A program made the position numbers and the translations under genes. Below are positions 1-11,190 of a stretch of 64,000 nt of DNA, piece after piece. How positions within the stretch are numbered: position 1 is the stretch's first letter; every line of letters begins with the position of its first letter. Source of the DNA: Lama guanicoe (taxonomy: Eukaryota); the NCBI GenBank assembly GCA_013239625.1, contig MU054212.1, forward strand, positions 1,922,001 to 1,986,000, written 5' to 3'. Below the pieces are notes generated by a model. That model made no database searches. It had not been told where the DNA came from and was given only the letters and a program-made list of their open reading frames with translations.

Positions 1-3000
1 TCTTCACACACCCCCTTCTTAGATGGCACAGTTGAGGCCAGAAACCATCAGTGAGAACCGCCTATCACACAGAGAACCAGTTCTCCAACCCACGTCCACT
101 GGGTCCAAGTTCTTCCTTTGTGACCCTGTTCCTTCTCTCTCTACAGGCGCTCTGTGCATGGCAACTAGGTCTTTGGGTGAAACGAGACTCTGGTACCAGC
201 TCATAATTTCCATCTTACTTGCTTCATCCATTAAATTCCAAGTTCCTCTCTGCTCCTGAATGAAAAGAAAAGGCCGTCTCTTCTTAGCTCCCCTTTCTGA
301 TCCCACCCTGACACTTGGAAGAACAAAAAGGCGCGCAGCCAACACGAAGGGAAGGCACATCTCCCGGCAAGACTGCAGAGCCCAAGACGGAGAGAAAGCA
401 GGAACAAAGTAACAAATTATATTGTCAGAGAAAATGTGAACTTTCTGATTGGGGATGACATTTATTTTAAGTGTGCGATGACGGCAGGGAATCTGTCAGC
501 GTAAGACGTGGCAGAGGTTTCAGCGTTTCTTAAGAGTGTCGTGGGAATTTAGCTAAAACTGCTAAAACTGACACCATTGGCTTTTGTTAACACATTAAGC
601 ATGGGAAAAGTGCCAGTCAGCATATCCTCCATTGCATCAATTCAGTTAAATCATCTGGAAGATGCATAAAACCTGGGGGGGGGTGCGGATAATAACGGCT
701 ACATTTTTCAACACACGGGGAGATTGAGGGGAGAAGGCCAGTGCCATTTTGATAAGGATAACAAATGATGCCGTTAAGATACAGCTCCCAACAAGGGAAA
801 AAGGGTAGGGACGGCATTTTTATCGGCCCTGCTATATTCCTATCGACATTCTAGTCTAGGAAACAAAGTTCACGGGCTACTGCATGAAACCAAAACTTGT
901 AGAGGAGACTGATCATGGATCAACATGTAGACAAACGCACGGATTTGACTGAAGTAAAACTGAAGATCTGTCTCAAACTTTCTGCTTAAAAACAGACTCA
1001 ATTATTACTTCGGAGTTCGGCTGCGTGAGAAAAAGCAGAAATTCCACTGTTTGCCCAGGGAGATGAACTGAACCCAACGCAAAGGCACCTCTGCTTCTCC
1101 ACGAACCCTTCAGGCGGACCCAACCCACTGAACCTTGCTGTGACCCACTCCCTCCCCAGAAGCAGATCAAAAGAAAAGAAAATTGAAAGCTTGATGATGA
1201 TGATGACATGGTTTCCAACAATTAAATGGGTCTGAGCTCTCGGTGACCGGAACATTATATCGAAATGGTAGCCTAAGCTGCTCTGGACAAATGTTTTGAT
1301 TGGAGTCGAAGATTTCGTTCTCAGCACCCTTTGTCTAGTCAATGAAAAATTACATGTTTGTGTCATAGGAAGATTTAAGAAAAAGAGTCGGGTGTTTATG
1401 TTTGAAGAGCACAAAGACACCGCAGGGCTGCCAAGTTGCGCTAGAAAGCCCCGAGCCTTTCACCATAGCCCCGTCCGCGCGCTGGCCAGACCTCAGCAAA
1501 TGAGACACTCCTTCCAAGTCAGGGCGTCCCCCGGGGGCCGTTTCTCCTCAGGGCACAGAGAACTGAAATTCTGTCTTCGGGTCCCCTTATTGACTCCCAG
1601 ACTAAAGAAGAGCCTTCAATTTGGCAGAACTCTATGAAGCAAATGACTCACTGCCCTTTGGCAGAGACTGAACCCCGTACGTGCCTCTACGTCAGGATTT
1701 ACGCCCTTTGTAATGTGCAGGCGCTCGGGGTTTGCTGCTATCTGACTTGGCACTTTCTGGTCCGCTTCCAGGGGAGTGTTTATTGTCCATAGGTTAGGGT
1801 GCATCTAATTTAAAGCTTTTCCTGGCTCCCTGGTTATCTGTAAATGATTACTCCACGCTCAGATTTTTCAGCAACAGACTCTAATGAATGTAAGTAAAAT
1901 ATGCCCCTGTTCTGCAACTGTAGAGCCGCAACCCCCTCTCTCTACAACAACCTCTCCACTGACTGGAGGTGACCGGAGTGACTTTTCAACCTTCCATGTG
2001 CTAGGAAGTTTTTGCTCATTTGCGCCTGTCTGGTTTAGCTGATAAAACACAGACGCAGAATTAAGGGCAAAAACATGGAAATCGGCTGCCAAGAGCTGTC
2101 TTTCTACTAGGCAAACATCATCTTGTGTAGCTTAAAACACTAAACGTTTTTCCTAAAGGGCTGCTTCCCTCATCCTCCCCCTCCACACCAGAAAGGGAAC
2201 ATATGGAAGAGTGAGCTTGGACCGAAAGCATCCTTTCTTTTGGCTCCAGGCGTGGAGCAGTCGCACAGGCATGGCACCTCATCAAATAAACCAGCCTGAC
2301 ACCGTTTGGACTTGACCAACCTAATTTCCTAGGTCTTTCAAGTTCTCCCTCTCACAGATCTCTGGCTGTTACCAAGCACGGGCAGCTCACCAGGCACAGC
2401 ACCTGGGTTGTCCAGACACACAACTACTGATTTAAAAAAAGAAAAAAGAAAAAAATCAAGCGGTTGCCATAAGCATTGTCCAGATTCAGAAAAGTCAAGT
2501 CTTATCCCCAAGTCAAACTGATTGAAATAAGGTCACCGGAATTGGCCTCATTATTGGCAGCCTTCGATGGAAAAATAGCTAACGCACACATGACCTAATT
2601 CTTAAGTTGACTTTCCCTACTGCCTACCGCGAAAGTTCCCAGACTGCTTTTTTGCAGACAAGACGGCACGAATGTGCCTTCCATGCCTTAGACTGGCTTG
2701 GCGATGGACCCTTGACACAGCAAGCCCCAGGAGGGAGAAACAAAGGGAGGCGAGCGATCACAAAACTGCCCTCTGTTTTAAGCAACGCACGGGCACTGGG
2801 GTCGTATTCTAGATTTTTCACAGAAACTTTACAGTAGCCTTTCTTTCACGTGTTGTTGTTTAGCATCTAGAAAGGTAGCAGAAGCATTCATTAACACAAA
2901 TATTTTACAAAAGTTTCTATTTATTCCAGAAATAAAGTTCAGGAGACAGTTACCTAAGAGATTTCTGTTTCATGTGTGCCCTTTAGTTTGTTTTTTTAAA

Positions 3001-6000
3001 AGCGATTCTCATTAACTAAAAAAAAAAAGCAACTCTCATTAACGATTCTAATAGGTTATGGTAATTCAGTTCCAAAGTTTATTCATCTGCCTACAAACAA
3101 AATCACACCTGCTAGAGATGTTCACATTGTTATCAATAGATCTGCAAACATTCGTGGTACTGACCTTCCCCTGACATAGACTAACACAGCCAGAAAACTT
3201 AATGAGCACCTGATGTCCCACACAACTTTGAAATGACACATTTAGTGTCAATATGTTCTCTGCATCATATTTTCTACACTATAATCCTCATCTTCAGTCT
3301 TCCCAACGGAGCATTAAAGCGTGGATTTTCCTGAAAAGCTACTTTTCTAGCAAATGTATCTCATCCCTGCTTGTGACATCACAGAAATTTCCCTAATAAC
3401 TGTAAAATCCCAAATAGAAATTTATTATCATGTCAAGTTGATAATAAAGGATGAGGTTGGCCACAACAACCAAAGAGCAAGGTTTTTCAGGAAGATATTT
3501 GCCTTCAGGAATAAAGAGATGAAAAATAAAGAAAAAGTAAAGTGTGACTGTCAGGTGAAGAGATGGATTTTCTTGTATATCTTGTAAAATGGCTCAGAGA
3601 ACAATTAAAATCAGGGCTCTAAAGGTGTTCTGAGCAAGGATGATGTTATTTAGAATAAGTTGATAGCCTTCAGTGGTGATTATTTGAAGAGTAACCTTCA
3701 TTATTATGCATAAGTACCATCATTTCAAAGTTAAAACTGACGTAAAGTCTAGTCTTTGAAAATGTCTTCCTAAAGTTTTTTTTAAAGATAACTTGTGTCA
3801 AATATGCTAAATAACAAGAAAACTATTTCCATTATTTTATACACTTCTGTTATTTGAAATGTTTTGAAAGAAAGAAGAAAAGAAAAAGAAGAAACATTTC
3901 TCCCTCAATGGGAAAAACCAACAGACACTGAAAGTTGCCACAACTACCTGTAATAAACTCAACCATCCAACGTCACATGACTGGACGGGACAGAAATATT
4001 TTCTGAGGCAGTTGTTCAATTTGTCTTTTCACTAAGTGAAGCAATCAGCTATGCCAATAAGATGGTAAATATTTTCACTCGTACATGAAACAACCTTCTG
4101 GCTGGTTTATAATCACAAGCATGATGCTGACTGAGTCCCTCGCTTTGTCTCAGTATCCCGTTAGTACCAGAGACCTCTCTGCCTCTCTTGTTTTTCTCAA
4201 AAGCAATTTAGAAAATGCTTGTATCTGAGACAAAAGGAGAACATTTGGTGAAAGAAAATTCATCATTAGGTATCTAGAGGTTTGTTAATAGAAAAGGCAA
4301 CTCCCACAGTGTGTCCTGGTGCTCAAGCCAGACACACATGCTCAGGACCAGCAAGCTGCCTTCACAGTGGGCCAAAAGTCATTACCATAATTTTATATTA
4401 CATAGACTACATTGAAAATTTAATATATCCCAGCAAAAAGAGACAAAAGACATTTTGCATAATGCTTCTGTGAGCGCACTCTCTCTCGCCACTCTTTTAG
4501 CCACCCCATGCAGATAATCACACCAGGAAAAAGAAGTTCATTACCTAAGCCAAATCAAAATTAGGCTTTTCTTTTTGATAGGGAACTTCATTAGTAAGCC
4601 CTGTCTTATACAGCTGGGAGATTTGATGAATCTATCTTAGAGTAATAATTCAGTACCATCAGCCACGATTTTACTTTAAGTTTTACATCTTTATTAAGAA
4701 AAGGAGAAATATACAAACTGGATACCCAGAGATGGATGTTTAATGATGTTAAACCAAGAGGCTAACTAAAATCACTTTTGGGTGTTTGAAACATTTCAGG
4801 GTGACAGAAGAAACCCAGGTAAGAAATGAACCTCTCTGCCAACCTAGCTACCCATGATTAAGGCTTTCAAGGAGGAAAAAAAAAAAAATCAAAGGAGGCA
4901 AAGCCTGAGACACTTGAAGTTGAGGAAAGTGGATATGTATTGAAACGATTCAAATGAAGACATTTTCAAATTTTGAAGTTAGCCTTTGATTAACAAGGAA
5001 ACACAGGGGGGAAGAATCATTTTCGATATCTTCTTACGATAAAGGCTAAAGATCTATTGTCCCTCCAGGCTGTCCAAGAAAATACCCACCACAGTGCCGA
5101 GCCCCCATTTATATCATAGAGAACTCAGTTATCCCACAGACACGGAACAAAGAGCTCCACTCTCCCCTTTGTGTGACCCACATGTGTAAGGAAGTGCGCC
5201 GGCGTGCAGGAGCTCTGCTGGCTGCAGACGACTGTCTGTGGAACTCCTCCAAGCCTGCATCCTTTCACGCTGGAAAAACCACTCTCCGTTGCCCTGGTTG
5301 TGGACATCGTTTTCCGCACTGAGCTTGAAGCTAACCTTGACTTCTGTAACCAGACAGCAGCTTCCACATCATGCAGGGTTCCTTTGGCCATGGTCCATTA
5401 CGCTCTCTCTCAATCATACAAATCATACAAAGCCAGCTCTCCTTCAAAAGAAATATCAGTCTCACTTTGCCACGTTCCCCCTCCTCACCCTTATTGGCAC
5501 CCATGAATTTTTCCCAATACTTACATCAATATTACTGAAAGAATGAGAGCCCTGAATTCCTGAAGGTTAAGCCTTTTTAAAACAGAGAAGATAACTTCAT
5601 TTCCCAGGCCTCTTTGGGGTTATCAGTATTTATTTTTTGCTAACTCTGGATGGAAGCCTATGGCAAAACAACAACAGAACAAAACCAAAAAAACAAATCT
5701 CTTTCACCCAGTGGTAGATGTCACTTCACCCATATCTGAATGGTCGGAGCACTCAAGAGACAAATTCCACTTGACTTAAGCTGACCTGGTCATGGAGCAT
5801 AAATGGCCCCAGTGGACAAATCCATATTGAAATGCTCAATGACTTCTTTTTGAGAAAGGACAGAAGGCTTAAGAAGTTCCTGGTTTAAGAGCTGAAAGCT
5901 AAATACTTTCTTACATTCACAAGTATTTAAAATGTGCTCTCAGAGCATTCAGAAACATGAACAGCATTATGAATCCCAGCTTCCCCATAAGTTTAATAAC

Positions 6001-6204
6001 TTATACAGATGAATAACACAGTCCATTTTATTCCTTTCTGATGTTTCATCTTCTTTTGAAAACTCTGCCGTTCCTGGTACTTTGTTGCCACAGGCAGAAG
6101 TAGAAGGTGGAAACAAAACTGTTACCAACATTTTAAGATATAACAACATGGGAAAGCTTTAGAAAGGAAGGTGAGTACCAACAGTTACCATTTTTAAAGT
6201 CTTA

Positions 6205-6410
6205 ACTCTGTACCAGGTATGGTGTTAGTTTTTTTTTCTTTAAAACAACCCCACTAGTTAGCTGCTGCTATTATTCCCATTTTATGGATTAGGAGGCTGA
6301 GGTTTTGAAAGGTTCAGTAATCTGCCCCAGTCACACAGCAAGCAAGTAGAGAGGCTTGGATTTACACTCATTAATCTGACTCTGGTGCCCACGTTCCTCC
6401 TAATCACTGT
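6205..6410 (-). mobile_element. MIR SINE fragment
   Basis: Antisense MIR core-like text 'tattattcccattttatggattaggaggctgagg...ggttcagtaatctgccccagtcacacagcaagcaagt'; recognised by resemblance to the MIR consensus, boundaries approximate. Confidence 0.85.
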
Positions 6411-6889
6411 GTTCTTCAACCCTCCCAAGCAAGCGGTGAGCAATGTGCAAGTCCAGGAAATCAAAAAAGTTGCTCAATTCTAACAACTGTCCTATAAGTC
6501 ATTTATGAAAATGCCCTTCCAGGTGTCCTTTGGGACCAGGACCTAGAACAAACATTTAAGATATACAGAAAAAAGGGCAGGGAGCCATATAGAAAACTAG
6601 GAAAGATATGTGAAATATGGGCATATTCTACATTATGACTTTGGTTTCTCTGAAAAAAGACTATGAGTATCTCTATTATCTGGTTTTATTTAAAAAAACA
6701 CTTTTATTTAAAAACTTTCACTTTTATAACCCTTGCTACTTGGCCAGCTTAACCATAACTGATACCCCTGTAAGGTCTCATGAACGTCACCCCACGACAC
6801 TCTTCAGTTCGTTCCCTAACCAAACAAAGGTGGGTGGATCGAGGCCAGCGGAGGCCTTCTTTCCTCTTTTTGCTGACTCAGCTGCACTG

Positions 6890-7090
6890 TTCTTGAGGGC
6901 TTCTGGAACTTGTCCCTCTCATTTGACTTCTTATCCCTGTTAGATTACCCTGCGATCGTCTCTTTATAGGTATGCCCTATCCCCAGGCCACAACCAGATT
7001 CTATACTCCCCGAGAGCAGGAGAGGAGACTGCTCTTATGTGTTTGTAAGTGAAAAGCAAAACAAAACTGGATGCTCAAAAAATGTGTGAC
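6890..7090 (+). mobile_element. L2 LINE 3' end, degraded
   Basis: 'tactccccgagagcagg...gctcttatgtgtttgta...atgctcaaaaaatgtgtg' resembles the L2 3' terminus. Confidence 0.45.
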
Positions 7091-9439
7091 AGACAGTGAG
7101 GGTAAGATTACGAAGGCATCTCATTCAGGATACACAGCCATAATTCTTTCTGCTTTGGTTTTCTTATTTTGAATCTTTAAAGACTACAAAGCAAGGCAAA
7201 TACTCTTAAAATTGAGGTTTACAAAGGCACCGAGAGACAAACCAGTACGCAGTTGACAAAACAACTAGGAAAGACAACGATCAAACACAAACCAACAAAC
7301 GCCAGCAACAAGATCAAACAGAGCAGTCATGTCAACAACTAACAAAACAAGGGAAAGCAAAGGTCCTCAGATTCATCTTCCACATTAAGATGCAGTAACA
7401 TAGCCTGAAGAGGCATTTTTACATATTTTATAGGACAGTTGGAGGTTGTATGAACCATGGACACTTGGCCAGAAAAACCAATCAATGACCGTCCCAAGAG
7501 GGACCAAATACACATATTTTAAAAACTACCCCCACAGTCACTTGCAATTTGGTCCTAGTTCAGGGAATCCAGTTCAGCTATTTTCTTTTTCAACAGATTT
7601 CCACATGTTATTAGAAGTACACAGTTAACCAGGTTTCGTGCAGTAGACAAAATGGCATTGTGGGATTACATTAGTTCGACAGCTGCTTTATGACTATAGC
7701 TTCCAGACCAATTTATTTAATATTGATCTTTAAACAAACATCAGTACAAATAAATTTGAGCACTCCAGTCCCGAGATTTTCTATCTAGAAAAGAGGCCTA
7801 TATTCAGAGAAGTGGGGCTGCTTGTATTTCTGCCTTTGATTCTGTTTTCTTTGATCCTACCAGGTATCAAATACATCAATGCCAAATTAAAACAAATCCA
7901 TCTTCAGATAATGCTCTGTTTATAATCTTTCGTGCAGAAGGAATTTTTCTATCAATAACTTCCAGCGAGCGTTTTAACTGATCTTTTTCTTGCTTTATTC
8001 TGGCGACTACAAAGGGCAGCAGTGCCCTGTCCTGACTTGAGCTGTGTGCCCGGCTCCACCTGGAATCTCTCCCAGGAAGAACTCAGTCCCATTTCCCCGT
8101 CTCCAAGCAGCTTGCTCTCTCTTAACAGTTCCAGCCCAGCGGCAGGGACGCACCGAGATCCAGCTGCCCCGACTGAGAAAATTGCTGCACAAAGCTAGGG
8201 GTTGGAAAGGCCAATCTCGAGATTTTTACGGGACTACAGTTGACCATTTGGAGGAGGGGACAGCTGGGTGCTAAATATAAATGGGAAAAAAGACTTAGAT
8301 AGGGAAATAGATAATGAATCCTGGGATTAAACACTCGATTCAATTAGGCAGGCATATCTGAAAGCGAGGCATAAGTGGACCCAACATAATTATTTGTGCA
8401 GGACTTATTTATGCCCTTCTTAGTTATCCTGATTGAGCACAGATACGGGGCTCACCAGGGGATGGCTGTGCCTGGGGTCTGGAACTGGGATAAAGTTCAA
8501 AGATTTTGGTCACAATTCGTTCCTGGCCGCCATCTGTTTTACGTTCACTGAGGTCGATGGATTATATCGATCCTTCGAAGAAACAGTTTCTTTTCTGTTC
8601 TTTACTCATCCCTGTCTCCTGCCTCTTCCTCTCCATCCGTTCCTTCTTCCTTTTCTTTGAAATATAAATATTCTGGAAATGGAGTAGGTCAGTGTAAAAA
8701 ATCTTTACGGGAAATTAAAAATCCCTTCAGCAAAATATTCAGATTTTTCCAAGACACCCTGAAACTACGCTATCAAAAGAAGGTATATCTGCTCTGAAAC
8801 TGTAAGACAATTGTTTACTGTGAGTTATGAATTTTGGTCAGTGAAGGATTGTTTTTAAGGAACATTTGAATTTAAGAAAAGAGTCTTTTTACTTTGTCAT
8901 AAATTAGGGCTCAAGGAGAGATTGAGACGACATGGTATTTTAATGTTTAACATCAGAGATGCATAAAAGATACAATTATTTAAGACCACTATCCCTCAGT
9001 CAATCTAATAGCTTGATGCTATAAATAAAGAAACAAATCTATTATTTATATAAGTACTAGCTTCTGCTATGCCCCTCTCCAGTGCGCTGACATAAGTGAA
9101 GCTGGAGCATGAAACAAATGTACAGACTAGGAACCACATCTATTGCATTTTCCTAATTTGAAAGGACTCTTCTTCTTTGTTCACCAAACCATTAAGACCA
9201 TTCATAGTCTCGAGATAGATGAAAAGGGTCCATGTGGCTAAATGTGGCTGCTCTCTGGGCCCTGGGGAACAGGGTGAAATATAAGGCACAGGAATTTGTC
9301 TGCAAACCTGCTGGATCTGAGACAGGAGGTGGACCCTCCATACAGCTGGAGGGTGAGGGCTGGTGCCCTGGTAGCCGCCAAGATGCTACTGTTGGACCAG
9401 GAAGGTCTTCTTTCAGTTGTGTGGGTTGCGGGGTGGGTA

Positions 9440-9510
9440 GAGAATGATTCTTCCCCTCTTAGAATTACTGAGAGGATTAAATGGTGAAACACATGTAAAC
9501 CTGCTTTGAT
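9440..9510 (+). mobile_element. MIR 3' fragment
   Basis: 'cttagaattactgagaggattaaatggtgaaacacatgtaaa' resembles the MIR 3' tail (gggttgttgtgaggattaaatgagataatgtatgtaaa). Confidence 0.6.
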
Positions 9511-10244
9511 AACCAGATGTCAAGCCAACATAAGGTTCACACTTTTTCCTAACTCATAATTACCATTATAAGCTATCTAGGGAGGCAACAACTTCATTAA
9601 AGGAAGTCCACCTTTTATGACTTATATAGGCTTCCATTCTGGCTGATGTTTAAACCAGACCAAGGGATGGGACGGGTGGAAGAGCCAGTCATCTCTCTTG
9701 GTGCATCCCTTAGCATGCCCACCCCCAAACCTCCTGTTCCATCCACGTATCACTAAATGAATCCCCTTCAGGCGTCCTCCCCATTGAGAACTCTGCGCCT
9801 TTTGTATGGCATCCCCACTGCATCCTTTCCCTGGCTGATTCTCAAAGAGTCGGGGCAGGTAAGTGAAGGGAAGGTATGCCCCAGCCCTGGGTGCTCACAT
9901 CCACAGGGACAGCCTGTGATGAGAAATGAGTCAAAGGTGCTCCTGAGGTTCTCTGCCATCTGGGTGAGCCAGGGAACTGACGGTGTAAGTCTCAGACATC
10001 AGTCGTGTTCTGGGCAGAGGAAATCCTGAGACTCGCTCCTCTGCAGACATTCCCATATTTTAAACCTTCACAGCAAGAGAATGTAATTATTCCCTTTTTG
10101 CCTTGTACCTACTGACCGAGAGCATCTGAGATACATTCAGCAGATTTCTGTATCCTTAATCAATGACAGAGTCCCTGGCATAGACCAGATGATGAATGAA
10201 TGGATCAGCACGGGTGAGAGGAACAGACTCAGAAGAGAGGTGAT

Positions 10245-10405
10245 GATGGTCTGAAACTATGACATACGAGCAGAGTTTGAAGGAACTAGTAAATGTTGTC
10301 TTGGAGGAGAATCAAGAGAAGCAGCATGTCAGCTGCGATAAAATATATGAAGGACTTCATGGCAGAGGAAGGATTTGCCTTCCTACACGTGGACCAGTGG
10401 GGGGA
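10245..10405 (+). mobile_element. L3/CR1 LINE fragment (5' part of an interrupted copy)
   Basis: 'tatgacatacgagcagagtttgaaggaactagtaaatgttgtcttggaggaga...aaatatatgaagg' resembles the end of CR1/L3 ORF2 (YEERLKELGLFSLEKRR-type region). Confidence 0.55.
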
Positions 10406-10439
10406 AATTTCAGAGACAGGCTTACGGCTTCCTGAGACT

Positions 10440-11066
10440 CCTTCCGTCCCTTCATCATCCACATCTTCGGGTCGTAACTCCTAAGTCCTTCGGAGTTCCA
10501 TTTCCTCTCCATCTCTACTGCCATAGTCTCGGCTCTGGCCCTCACCTAAATCTCTTGGGCCATTTATACTTCCCTGCACGTAGTCCCTCACTCCTTTAAT
10601 CCCACTCTCTAGCCTGTTCCAGGTCTTACTATGTTGTCCCCTGATTAAAATTTCTTGGAAATCTATCCCCTGTCCTCAAAATAAAACTCAGCTTCCTTGG
10701 CTTGGAAACAGGATCTCTGATGAGCTGGTATCTCCCTGAGACTTTTAACTCCACGCTTCAGACACGCTCTTCTCTCTGGCTGAATATCCTTCCTCGGTCC
10801 TCCTGAGGAACCTGCACTCATTATTCAAGACTCCGCTCAGAGGTGTCCTTTCACAAAGCCTTCCCTGCCCCTGTGAGACATGTTTATGCAGCCACTTCCC
10901 TGTCTTTTCATACTAACACTCTGTGGTTTCATACATTTCAATTATGTATATTACTATTATTATCACCTTGAGGAAAGGTAACATTCTGTTTATCTTTGTA
11001 TCCCATTCATTTTGTATCCCACTGACTCAACATTTTATTCACTTTGTTGAGTAAATAAATGAATGG
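10440..11066 (+). mobile_element. L2 LINE 3' region
   Basis: Pyrimidine-rich L2-like text ('ctctccatctctactgcca', 'actcattattcaagactccgctcaga', 'cttgaggaaagg...tttatctttgtatccc') ending in the L2-type tail 'tttgttgagtaaataaatgaatg'. Confidence 0.75.
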
Positions 11067-11094
11067 TTGGGCGATTTACTCTTTAAGTAGATCT

Positions 11095-11190
11095 TCAAAA
11101 ATTGGAGCAGGCTCTTTTGGGAAGTGGTGCTCTGTCAGGTGTTCAGCTGTGGGGCTGGATTAGACTTTTATAGATTCTTCCAACTCTCTC
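11095..11190 (+). mobile_element. L3/CR1 3' end fragment
   Basis: 'ggggctggattagacttttatagattcttccaactct' resembles the CR1/L3 (and MIR3) 3' terminus 'gttggactagatgacctctaaggtcccttccaactct'. Confidence 0.5.

Noticed and set aside
973..1637. ORFs of 82-140 aa near the window start
   Set aside because: Overlapping on both strands, non-protein-like composition and no convincing splice sites.
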